Shown here: positions 45,403-56,713 of the stretch, one piece after another
How the letters are laid out: each line of letters starts with the position of its first letter
Position numbering within the stretch: the stretch's first letter is position 1
Assembly: GCA_025594325.1 (NCBI GenBank)
Contig: JANHCV010000005.1
Span: 992,001 to 1,056,000, forward strand
DNA length: 64,000 bases
DNA from: Blastocladiella emersonii ATCC 22665
Taxonomy: Eukaryota > Fungi > Blastocladiomycota
Direction: 5' to 3'
Position numbers and translations under genes: made by a program
Notes under the pieces: model-generated
The model's database searches: none
What the model saw: only the letters and a program-made list of their open reading frames with translations
Told to the model about the DNA's origin: nothing

Positions 45403-45437
45403 CGACGCGACGCGACGCGACGCGACGCGACGCGACG
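45403..45437. repeat. (CGACG)7 microsatellite
   Basis: Seven perfect 5-nt units. Confidence 0.9.
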
Positions 45438-48400
45438 TAGTATCAGGATCGGCTCCACACAGGAGCCAGCGTGTAGTCGCGCAGCCTGCCAGGTTGGCGA
45501 CGGCGAGGACCGTTTCCCATGATCAGCAACGAGGCCGCGACGAGAGCTTCAAGGCGGGAAGCATGGCGCCATCGTCCGAGTCTTCCAGTTGGGTGTGAAC
45601 GCTTGAGCAACTCTGGCGTGGGTCCGGCTGCAAGTGGCGGGATCCGGGCGGTGGATGGTGCCATGCTCATGAGCACATGAGCTTCGCGGGCTGAGCCACA
45701 CTTGAGACACAGGCGTCTCGCAACGGGTCGCGGGCGCGTCGCACCATCACTCGCAACTACTCAGGCGACACGCTCAACTTGTGCGGGAGTATGCGGTTAC
45801 TCAACGCCTTGCTCTATCGCATGACTGCTCACCGGGCCGAACTGGCCGAAGAAATGGAAGCCCACAAAGGGATCATGGCCGATGGCTTGCGCTCACCTAG
45901 CACGACCGCCGCTGGGAACGAGAACCGGTCGCAACTGATCTCCCGAGGAAGCGATAGGGTTAAGTTTCGAGGCGCTCGCCGACCGAACGGATTGGACACC
46001 CTTGATCCGTTGAGCGAGTCGGCGGAGAAGGTGGGAGACGAACCTTGTTCAGCTCGCGAGACTGAGTCAACGGCCATCACCCTGACGGATCGTTGTTGTC
46101 TACGCCGTGAACCGTAACGGAAGTTGCTTGCGAAGAAACCTTGTCGAGCGACGGTCCTCCGCGCCCAAACTTGGATCCCTGAAGCAAGGACGGCGCGGGA
46201 GACGGTGACCGGCCCTCTGCGCGATCATCGTGTCTCTCAATCTCTCACTGCGGCCTACGAACAATGTCGTTAACGCGTTGTGACACACACTGCGTCAACT
46301 GTGAAGGGCGGTCAAGGGCTGAGAGGGCGAACGAGCGGGGGGAAGGCCATGTTCGCGGAAGGAAGCGAAGCAGCCCGCGTCTCGGCCGCTCCTTCCCCCC
46401 GCAAACCGCGAACGGCGCGCGCGCGGGGAAGCGTGGGAACTTGGTCGCGACACGCGCGGGGCGGATCACAGCGAACAAGCAACGCTCCGCACGGCGCACA
46501 CGTTTACCCGTCCGCGGACCCCGGGCATAGATGGATGGGATGCAGGCGACGATCAATTTCGGTGGTTGGATCTTCAGGAGTAGTGTAGTGAAGTGCGAGA
46601 TTGGACGACCCCTGACGCTGCCCGCTCCCAGTGTCCGCGGAGCAGTGGGTCACTTGCGGGCTGATTGCGTCGCGCACAAGACCTTCTCGTTCAGGACGAA
46701 GGGTGATCTCACAGCGCGCGGCCCTGGGCCGGGTGAAGAAGCGTTCGGCCGTCGTCGCTACTCGAGCGTGATCCTGTCACTGATCTTCGCGCGGGCGGCC
46801 TCGGTCGCGCTGGACTCAAAGTGATACATGATGCTGCTTAACGTGTTCCATCATTGTGCCCAAGTGCAACATGTTTTTCTCCCCCTCGATGCGAGAGAGG
46901 AAGGCGCGCACGCGTCAAGCGCGAGAGGGCTCCTCTCGCGGCATCCCGCACTTCATCAAACCGCAGCAGCCGACGAGAGCGTGCAGCTGATCCATCACAT
47001 GGCCCCGTCGTCGATGAGGGTCGTGGTCACCGGGCCGCGACGACAGCTGCGACGGATGGTGGTCAGGCGATCATCGCGCTCGTCATCTCGTGCGCTCACG
47101 CGAAGTTGATCCGAAATGAGGTCATGGTGATCAGCACCTCGGAGAAAATCGCGCAACTTTCAAGACAGCTGACCCAAAGCTCGGCGAGTCGTGCGGGGTG
47201 CCGAACGACGTGCGCCAACGCCTGACGCGACGCGCCCGACGCACGCACCCGCACTCGCTGTGGCGTTGTGGCGCTGGGTCCACCACCAACCCTCGCTGTT
47301 CGACGCGGCCGGCGCGACGCGGCCCAGGCCAAGGACGCGCGAGAGTGATCGACCCACGCACGGCCGAAGAGAAGAATAAGGAAGCGCGACAATGAGCGAC
47401 GCGCGGGAACCGTCGGATCAAACGAGCCGATCGCGCCGACGTGGCAACTCCTCTCGGCGGGAGATGAGCACGGGAGATGAACATCCAAAGTTTGATTGAC
47501 GATGAGGGAGCGCGCGCGCGCACACTCGGGCAACACACGCGGGGGTGCGCTCGCGACAGCGCGAACAGGAGTCCAGAAGCCCACGCCCTCGGGCGGTCGG
47601 GCCCGCTTGGCTCCAAAAATCCGCCGCCACGGGCAAGGGCGGACCCGCGTGGGGCCACTCGAACGCTGCTTGATCTAACAAATGATGCCACGAAATAGGC
47701 AACGAGGCGCAGCAGCGGGGAAGGCAGGCCCCATGCGCGCGCGTCCGTGGCCGCGTGAGCGCTGTCTGGTGCAGCGAACGACGAGATTGCATCACTGCGC
47801 ATCATGCTCTTCCATGCCGGAGCTCGTGCTCGCGGGCATGGGGCCTGGTGTGGGTGCGAAGAAAGTGTCTCGCATGCGGGCGGCAGCGGCGACGACTGGG
47901 CGAGGTGGCAAAGCACCACCGCCGCTGCCCATCAGGGACGGATCAGTGACGTCGCACTCAACGACGACGAGCCGCACAAGGTGTCGCCCTAGACAAGGGC
48001 ACGCGCACACACACAAGGTCGGCCTTGTCCAAGTTTCAGCAAAGGTCAAGCGAAAGAGAGCAAACGGTCGCTCGCAGCTCACGGTTTGCTCTGCACAAGG
48101 CTCATCTCAAGACTGAAACGCGGCGGCAGTCGGCCTGCGTGAAGGCGTCGCCACGAACGCCTGCAGAGGGGATCGACGCCGTAGAGAGGCCGCGCGACGC
48201 GACGACGCGTGGCGGGGCGACCATCGTCAGCAGCCGCAAACGCCGCGTTGCCGTCGACCACAAAAGTCGGCGGAAGGGCGGAAGAGCGGATCCAGGGGCG
48301 CGCCCGGAAGAATAACACGCGCGCGGTGTCGGTGCCGTGACCGTGGCGGCAGCCGCTGATACATGAGAGCGAGGTCGCCTGACTCGGGCGGCGGCGGCGA

Positions 48401-49840
48401 TGCCGCTGCGGCGCTCGGGGCGCGACGTTCATTGCGTTGCATCGAGCTACGATTGCTCTCATGGCAGGTGAAGATGGACAAGGGAGCGCCGGCAGAAAGG
48501 TGTGGAGTGAGAGAGAGAGACACGCCGACCTGAGACAGTCGTCGGCGAGTCGGGTCGATCCGGTCCGGTTGGCCCCGATGACGGTCATGGCGACCACGGT
48601 GGGTGACGCCGCCGTCCATCGGGTTCCATGGCCACCGGTGGTGCGGGTGCAACTTGGGATCGAGGACGTGGCCGTGACGAAAAGGAAGACGATCGCGTCG
48701 ATGGCGCGAGCCCAGAATGTTCCTCATGGACATGGATCTGATGCGTCGACATCGATTCGTAAGCATTGTTGGCGGGCGAGCATCATCCATCGCATCAGCA
48801 GCAGCAGCAGCATCGATGCTGGCCAAAGAAAGGTTCGAGTCGATCAGCCTCACCCCCCGCTGCGACGATCCGCCGGCGGGTGCAGAAGCCAGCGGATCAA
48901 CAAGCCCTTGACTCCATCACCGGCACGCGCGCACGCGGTCGAGCATGCACGCGTGCGTGCGAGTCGACACGCCGTCAACAACGGCAGCGAGTGCGGGGTG
49001 GCTCAGTCGTGCACCCGCGCGCGCGATCAGCAGCTGCTCAGTTGCGCGCTCGGCAGCACGTCCGGGTGCGTAGAGCATTTACACAAGGGGAGCGGTCACG
49101 AAGCACTCGAGGAACAAGGCTGTGGCGGAGCTCATCAAACTTGAGACGCGGCCTAGCTTGATCAGCTCACGTGCGGGGGCGGAGACACTCGGGCGGCAGC
49201 GAGAGCGAGCCTTGTGTTGATGCGAGAGTGCGAGCAGGGAGCAGCAGCAGGGCCGCGGCCCCAGGAAGCGTGTGGCGGCGGCACGTTCCCTTGCTTCCCC
49301 GCACTTTGCCGCCGCCAGCTGCCGCCGCCGCCGTGTCCGCCCGGCCGGGCTCGCCCGCACGTTTGCTCGCATGCTCACTTGGGTGCGGCACAGCGCGAAA
49401 TGAGAGACGGAGAGCGGTGACTCGAGGCTGAGCCGGCGTGACTGAGGCGGTTTGCGTGCTCGGGGCGCCCGCGGCCCCGTCTCCCATATTGGCGGGGGTG
49501 CCTAGCACGCTATCCGTGTCATCGATGGCACCAGCCAGCCGGTTTCTTCTTTTCCCGCCCGCCGTGCCTTGCCGCCGCCGCACCCCTGCCTGTGTCGCCC
49601 GCCCCGCCCCGCCCAGCCGGCCCTTCCACCGCTGCCCGGCCGGCACGGCGGCAGCCGCGGGCCCTTCAAAAGGCCCTGGGCCCCCCGCCGCCCACCTCGC
49701 CGTGCCGATCACCACCAACCCGCCGCTGCCTCCCGTCCTCGCCCTCGCCCTCGTCCACCACCACTCCTCGGGACGACGACGACGCACACGCACCACTACC
49801 GCCCGACTTCACCATCATCATCAACCACCCATCACCAACC

Positions 49841-50548
49841 ATGGACCTCTCCTGGTGCCTCGTCTGCGAGAAGCACACCACCGGCGGTGCCTACTGCTCC
49901 GAGGTACATACTACTCTTTGCGATCGGGATCGCCGAGAAGAACCCTCGATCTGACTCGTCTCCTCTCCCTCCCACCTCCCTCCATAGCTCTGCCGCCGCG
50001 TCGACGTCGCCCGCTCGCTGCGCGTCTCCGACACGGGCTGCTCGGGTCGCCACGGCCACGGCCACTACCACGGCGCGACCGCCGCCGCCGCGTCGCCGTC
50101 CATGATGGCCATGTCGCCCGCGACCTCGGCGTCGCCCATGTCGTCGGTCCCCGCGTCGCCGCTCGCCTTCAGCACCGCGGCCGCGTCGCTGCTCGCCGCG
50201 ACCACCGCCTCGGGCTTCCCGTCGCTCTCGGGCCGCCGCATGTCCACGTCGTCGTCGACTTCCTCGGCCGGCTCCAGCCCGTCGTCGTCGCCCGCGTGGA
50301 GCCCCGCGCCCGCCGCCGCCGCGGCCGCTGCCGCCGCGCTGCACTCGATGCCGTCGCTGTCGCTCGGCATGCCCACCATGGCCCTCGGCGGCGCGCCGTC
50401 GTCGTCCTCGCACGCGTCCGCGTCCGCGTCCGCGTCCAATCCGCCCGCGTCGCCCATCACGTCGCTGTTCGGCACCTCGGCCCCGTCGCCCTCGACCTCG
50501 CCGCTGTCCAATCACGGCGCCTTCATCGCCCCGCTGCTCCTCCGCTAA
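49841..50548 (+). CDS. Ecl1/2/3-like small Cys-motif protein with Ser/Ala-rich tail; intron 49904-49987
   Basis: MDLSWCLVCEKH-GGAYCSE|LCRR matches the C-x2-C..YCS-x-C-R pattern of the Ecl1 family; the GTACAT..TAG splice is in frame with ORF 50102-50548. Confidence 0.65.
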
Positions 50549-53003
50549 GCTGCTGCTGCTGCCGATCGACGACGACAACCCATCCACCATCCTCGACGCG
50601 CAGGTGCGCGCGCGACGGGGGCGCTGCCGACGGGGCGCGTGTCTCGCCTCAGACCCTCGCCTTCCTCCTTGCGTCGCCGCGCGCTCCCTCCCTCCCGCTC
50701 GACTCGACTCTACCCTCGTGTTACTGTCCTAGTCCCCCTCTCTATGTCCGCCCGTGTGCGCTGCCGCTCAACAAAATCGTGTTTTCCCTCGCCCTCTCGC
50801 CGCTTGCGCACGCGCACCGCTCCTCTCTCCCTTCTCCTCGTACCATGTAAATAGATATCATGTACAGATTCCCCACCACCACCGTCTCCTCTCGCCTCAG
50901 TTGCTGCCCTCTTCAGGATCTCGATGGCGGTCACGGCCATCGACCGCGACCCACGACGCGTTCGCGTTTGCAAGTCACAACGCGCGTTGGGGTGAGAGTG
51001 TCTCACGCGGTCGGCGCGGTGGGGTGGGTGGCTCAGACTCGCGGCGGGCAAGTGTCTCACACCCGCGCCGCGCCTGCCGCCGTGGCCGCCAACGCAACCC
51101 GCCGCGGAACACCCGCCGGCGCGCGCGCGCGACACCGTGGCGGGCGCCGAACGACACTCAAACCTTGATGGCGCAGCGCTGACTCCAACTCTCTCCGGAA
51201 CACGCACGCCGCATCGATGGTCTCAGCGCAGCAGTGGCGAGATCGGTGACACACCGACCCGCGGCTGAGCCACCCTCGACGAAATAGAGTCACGCGCTCC
51301 GAGAGGGCCGGCCAGCTCGCTTCTCGTCGTCGTCGTCGTCGTCGGCGGCGGCGTCTTCGCAGCAGTCGCGTCGCCGCGGCGAGAGGCGGGCGGACGATCG
51401 GGCTTGATCACGGCCAACGTGGCAGCTGCTGAAGCATGACGGCGGCTCGGGCTCGCGGCTCCGCGCCCGCGGCGACGCGCCAAACGACATGCAACATGCA
51501 ACATGCTCCGCTGCACGAAGCGGTGCGCACGCGACACGTTTCGTGGACGCGCGCGAGCGCAACGCACCGCTCGCCGCTCGCCGTGGCTGGTGGAATGAGG
51601 TCGGGTCGGCCGGTCGCTGCTCACCACACCCGGTGCGCGCGACGTACTGTACGGCACCACCCGCCCGCCCACTCGCCTTGTTGTTGTTGTTGTTGTTCCT
51701 GCCCTGCGAGTGCCCGTTGTCCGCCATGACTTGCTGCAAACTGCCGCGATCGCGCTTCTTGTGCCTTCCTCACCTCAACCAAACCGCTGCTCGCGCCTCG
51801 AGCTGGCGATACGGAGCGAATGGAACCGCCAAGCCCTTCTTCCTCTGCGATCCTCGCGCTCCACGACTCGCTCACTGGCTCAGCGCATCTGATCCGCATC
51901 TGCGCGGCCCTCTCGACTCGAGGTGGCTGACGTGGGCACGCTCGGCATCGCCCAGAGGGGCCGGTGGTGCACTGAGACGGGCAGCAGAGCTCGGCGGCAC
52001 GGATCGGCATCGGCTGGCTGAGTTTCCTTCCCCCTTGGGTCGCTTCTATCATTCTCGCCGCAGCAAGACACCGTCGCGAGCCGGCTTGGCGGATCCGCTC
52101 CTGCGTGTCTGCGCTTCGGGCATCGCAGCGTTGTTCTTACGAGTGCCGAAGACTGAGGTGCGGACGGGTTAAGGGCTCCTGCCGCTTCGGGACGGATCGA
52201 AGCAGCGGCGCCACCGCCTGCACTGCTGAGCCACAGCGTGACCGTGTCGCCCGCCGAGTCCCAGCTCGAGTCAGTTCGTCAGCTCGACTTCGACATCCCT
52301 GTCTCAAACGGAACTACCGCGTGTGTCAACGTTTCGACCTTGTTCCTGGCTGTGAGGGGAATGTCTTCGGAAAGTGATCAATGCACCTTGTCCAGCGCCG
52401 CACTTGCTTAAACGCCGTACTTCAGCTCCCAGACCGACCGCATTGGATGCTGAACCGTTCGCAACCTGACCACCGCGGAGCCGACCTCCAGTCGGTATCA
52501 AACATGGTCATTGTCCTCCTCAACTGCGACGACCCGGTAACGAGTCCGCTGCTCGACTGCCGGGTAACATCTAGCACATGGATAGGAAACGGGCGCACAT
52601 CACGTTCTCTCGAACCCGTTAGTGATTTTAAGTGGATATAGCCGGCGTCTGTGTTTAATTAACTCGAGTCGTTATAGATGTGTGAAACCCTGAAATGGCC
52701 GTTCGAAGCTTTCCAGGCGCTCTCGGTGAGAGCAAAGACGCGCTGCGCCACGGCGTGACCATGGCGAGCGCTGAGTGGTCGCGGTCCGCACTGCTCATCA
52801 TCTTCGCGTCTCGCATGTCTCGCACTGCGCCTCTCCGTCAGTCGGTCCTGTGCCCCCTTCGTTTGCACTCGCCGAGTCCCCGCCGCATGCGTGTACCGCC
52901 TCCGACCGTATAAATCCGGGCCGTTCCCCGCTCTCCCCACCTCTTGCTCAACACGCTTGCATACCTTGCTCACGTACCCGACGAATCTCCCTACTATCGA
53001 AGA

Positions 53004-54185
53004 ATGGGTCGCACTCAGCTCCACTCTGCCCAGCGCCAGGCCGTGCACCAGCACCAGGCCCAGGCCGCCAACGCCAAGTCCGCCACCGCGAACGACAACA
53101 ACAACGCGCCCACCGCGAACAACAACAACAACGCGCCCGCCGCGAAGCAGCAGCAGCAGCAGGCCCGTGCCCAGTCGCCGCAGCTCAAGCAGGCTGCTCC
53201 TGCCGCCGCTCAGCAGCAGCAGAAGCAGGCCCCGCAGCAGGCCCGCGCGCAGCCGGCTCAGCCCAAGCAGGCCGCCGTTCAGCAGCAGCAGGCTCGCGCG
53301 CAGTCGCCCCAGCTCAAGCAGCAGCAGCAGCAGGCCTTGGTCGCCGCCGCTCCCCAGAAGCAACAGCAGGCCCGTACCCAGTCCGCGGCCGCCGCCGCGC
53401 AGGTGTACCGCGCCACGCCCGTCCGCGAGCATCCCGACGACGCGTTCCTCTCGGGCGCGTGGATGTTTGACGAGGCCCGCATTCCGCAGTGGATGGCGCC
53501 ACAGCTTCCGAAACAGCAGCAGGCCCGCGCCGCTCAACCCACCGTTGCTGTTCGCGCCCAGTCGCCTCAGCAGCAGAAGCAGCAGCTCAAGCAGGCCGCT
53601 CCCGCTCCCGCTCCCGCTGCCGCCGCCACGCCCGCGAAGCAGCAGCAGGCCGCCCGCGCACAGCCGCAGCAGCAGGCCCAGCTCCCGCGCAACGCCGCTG
53701 CCGTGATCCCCGTTGGCGCTGTCCGCGCCAAGAACGCGTCGGCCGACGACGCCTTCTTCTCGGGCTCGTGGCTCTTTGACTCGGCCGCCGCGCCGCAGTG
53801 GCTCCAGTCGCAGCTGCCCGCGCCCAAGGCGCAGCAGGCGCAGCAGGCGCAGCAGGCGCAGCAGGCGCAGCAGGCGCAGCAGGCGCAGCAGGCGCAGCAG
53901 GCGCAGCAGGCGCAGCAGGCGCAGCAGGCGCAGCAGGCGCAGCAGGCGCAGCAGGCGCAGCAGGCGCAGCAGCAGCAGCTCAAGCAGCAGGCCGCCGCTC
54001 CTCGCGCGCAGCCGGCTCAGATCAAGCAGGCTGCCGCCCCGACTCAGCAGCAGCAGCAGGCGCGCGCTCAGTCGCCGCAGCTCAAGCAGGCCGCCCCTGC
54101 TCCGCAGCAGCAGAAGCAGCCGTCTCAGAAGCAGCAGGACCAGCGCCGCCCGCATTCGCCGACCCGCGGCAACAAGCGTGGGTAG
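53004..54185 (+). CDS. Gln/Ala-rich low-complexity protein with two DDAF-SG-W-FD motifs
   Basis: ATG 53004, TATAAAT at 52909, strong C/G third-position bias, AT-rich 3' region; no recognisable folded domain. Confidence 0.8.
   Translation: MGRTQLHSAQRQAVHQHQAQAANAKSATANDNNNAPTANNNNNAPAAKQQQQQARAQSPQLKQAAPAAAQQQQKQAPQQARAQPAQPKQAAVQQQQARAQSPQLKQQQQQALVAAAPQKQQQARTQSAAAAAQVYRATPVREHPDDAFLSGAWMFDEARIPQWMAPQLPKQQQARAAQPTVAVRAQSPQQQKQQLKQAAPAPAPAAAATPAKQQQAARAQPQQQAQLPRNAAAVIPVGAVRAKNASADDAFFSGSWLFDSAAAPQWLQSQLPAPKAQQAQQAQQAQQAQQAQQAQQAQQAQQAQQAQQAQQAQQAQQAQQAQQQQLKQQAAAPRAQPAQIKQAAAPTQQQQQARAQSPQLKQAAPAPQQQKQPSQKQQDQRRPHSPTRGNKRG
53829..53972 (+). repeat. (GCGCAGCAG)16 coding minisatellite (AQQ x16)
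   Basis: Sixteen perfect 9-nt units. Confidence 0.95.
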
Positions 54186-55546
54186 CGGCCTCGACGCGTA
54201 ACGATACCCTTGGCACGCATCGCGAGGAGCGAAATCGGCTCTCCATGATACTTGTGCGATCAATAAACGCTTTCTTCTTCATTTCATGTACAAAAGCATT
54301 GGTGGACGCGTCAGAGATCGCCGCCAAGTTTGTTCGAGCGGGACGCGTGCGCGTTTCGGCCGGCCGACGGAGAGGCGCTTGTACGCGCGAGGCCTTGATG
54401 CAGCCAGAGTCACCGTCGCCGTGCGCTTCTTTCGCCGTATCTACTCGTTCATTGGATTCATGGCAAGTAGTGGTGGTGGAGGACGGTGACAGGAGTGGTG
54501 AGGGCGGCCGACGATGGCTCGCCCTTGAACCGGTTGCGCCTTTGTTCGCGGGCAGGCTCGCGGGCAGACGTCTTCGGCTGCCCCAGCGCAATCCTCGAGC
54601 ACACCTTCAGCCTCGCCCTCAACGGCGACCAACCCGTCCGTCGTGAATCTACGCTTCAACGTGCTTCCCGACCTGCGACCTCGCGCGCTCAACAAAGTGG
54701 ACGAGCAGCTCGAAACCCGGCTCGTGCTGCGCGCCGTTGGCGGTGACGCGCTTGTAGTTCACGGTGATGTCGCCCTCGGTGAAACCCCATGCTGCCCGCA
54801 CGGCAACGTTGAAGGGCCGAGAGTCGGCGCTCAGTGCGGTGCCGCTGTTTCCTGCAGCTCACAACGCTTCCATGCGAAGATCCGTGTTCGTTGCATAGAG
54901 TGATGGGCCGCGAATAAGCACAGATGCTGCGAGGATGTTGATCGACGGATGGGAAGGGAGGGAAGCAGCGGCGCCTGGCCTGGCGCAAGTCACGGCAGAT
55001 CGTGTCTCGCGCCGCTCACGTGTTTGTTTGACGCGTCCCTCCGCGCGCGAGACAGGTTTCGGGTACGCCGAGAGAAACGCATGAGGTCCCCTCATGAAGG
55101 CTTTAATGGACAATCAACTCGTTAAAAAATGACCATTAGAAGACAAGGCGGCGCAAAAGGGATGTTCGAAACAGAGGAAGAGGAGGTTGACACCAAGACA
55201 GGATTGGATCCTGTGGCGGCAGACTCCCCCGGCCCTGTTGAGAGCATCACCTTTGGCCGGCTGGCTAAGGCCGGGCCGACATCTAAGCCTGAATACGTGC
55301 TCAAGTACTGCTCGCCGTCGTCGCAACACGAGTACTTGTTAGGCACAACAAAGTTTCAAAGGTGCGAGGACGCGACACACACGCGTGTGTCGCAGCGCGG
55401 TTCAGAACGCGGTAGCGCCCACCGGGCGTATCATCGAAGAGTTCGGATCAACATTGAGCCTCACATGCACGGTTTACAGAGAATCGCGCGTGTATTGAAT
55501 GCAGGTCGTGCAGCGTTGGCAGACACGACCAACCGTTGATCGCCGC

Positions 55547-56713
55547 TCAAAAGTTGCCGCGAACCGGGACGGGCAGGTACGGCGCCTCGAGGGCGGCCTT
55601 CTCCTCGGCCGTGAGCGTGATCGAGAGCGCGGCGACCGCGTCCTCGAGGTACGCGACCTTGTTGATGCCAACGATCGGCGCCGTGATCTCGGGCTTGGCG
55701 AGGACCCACGCGAGCGCGACCTGCGATGCCGGAACGCCGCGCGCCGCGGCCACCTTGCGCAGCGCCGCGATGCTACGGTCGTCGGTCGCCGCCACAATCG
55801 CCTTGGCGCGGTCCTCGTTCGACAGCTCGGCCGCCTCGACCGTCTCACCCGAGCCGCCGTCCGCCAAAGAGGACGACTCGGTCAGGTGGATCACGTTGCG
55901 CAGCGTGTCAGTCTGCGCGCGCAGCGAGGTCGTCGACTTGCCCTTGTCCGAGAGCAGGCCGCCAGCGAGCGGCGACCACGGGATCACGCCGACGCCCATG
56001 TCGCGGCACAGCGGCAGCATCTCGCGCTCCTCCTCGCGGTACGCCAGGTTGACGAGGTTCTGCATGCTGACAAATTGCGTCCACCCGTTGCGCTCGGCCA
56101 CGGCCTGCGCCTTGGCAAACTGCCACGCGTACATGGAGCTCGCGCCAATGTAGCGGACCTTGCCGGCCTTGACGAGGTCGTGCAGCGCGCCCATGGTCTC
56201 CTCGATGGGCGTGTTGTAGTCCCAGCGGTGGATCTGGTACAGGTCAATGTAGTCGGTGCCGAGGCGCGCGAGCGAGGCCTCGACCGCCTCGAAAATGTAC
56301 TTGCGCGAGAGGCCGCGCTTGTTGGCCATGGCGTACGCGGGCAGCGACGCGAGCGCCGGCTGGTCGGTCGGCGTGTCGCCGACCTGGAAGAAGACCTTGG
56401 TCGCAATCACAATCTCGGACCGCTTGATGTCGCCGTTCTCGCGCATGAACTGGCCAAGGAGGCGCTCCGACATGCCCGAGGAGTAGACGTCGGCCGTATC
56501 GAAGAAGTTGATGCCGTGGTCCCACGCGGCGCGCAGGAGCGGCAGGGCCTTGTCGGCGTCGAGGACCCACTTTTCCCAGTCGGACGAGCCGTACGACATC
56601 ATGCCGACGCAGATGCGCGAGACCTGGAGGCCGGTCTTGCCGAGGCGGGCGTAGTGCATCTTGTGCGCGTTCGGGCGGTCGGTGGCGGTCGCAGCGGTGG
56701 TAGTGGTCGACAT
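55547..56713 (-). CDS. Aldo-keto reductase (aryl-alcohol dehydrogenase/YajO-like subgroup)
   Basis: YARLGKTGLQVSRIC-G-MSYG, GINFFDTADVYS-G-SE, LGTDYIDLYQIHRWD, GKVRYIGASSM, PWSPLAGGLL, QVALAWVL; intronless. Confidence 0.95.
   Translation of the reverse strand: MSTTTTAATATDRPNAHKMHYARLGKTGLQVSRICVGMMSYGSSDWEKWVLDADKALPLLRAAWDHGINFFDTADVYSSGMSERLLGQFMRENGDIKRSEIVIATKVFFQVGDTPTDQPALASLPAYAMANKRGLSRKYIFEAVEASLARLGTDYIDLYQIHRWDYNTPIEETMGALHDLVKAGKVRYIGASSMYAWQFAKAQAVAERNGWTQFVSMQNLVNLAYREEEREMLPLCRDMGVGVIPWSPLAGGLLSDKGKSTTSLRAQTDTLRNVIHLTESSSLADGGSGETVEAAELSNEDRAKAIVAATDDRSIAALRKVAAARGVPASQVALAWVLAKPEITAPIVGINKVAYLEDAVAALSITLTAEEKAALEAPYLPVPVRGNF

Noticed and set aside
54560-55540. Short coding-like fragments (WGFTEGDITVNYK on minus; MFETEEEEVDTK on plus)
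   Set aside because: Interrupted by stops, no convincing exon structure and no recognisable family.
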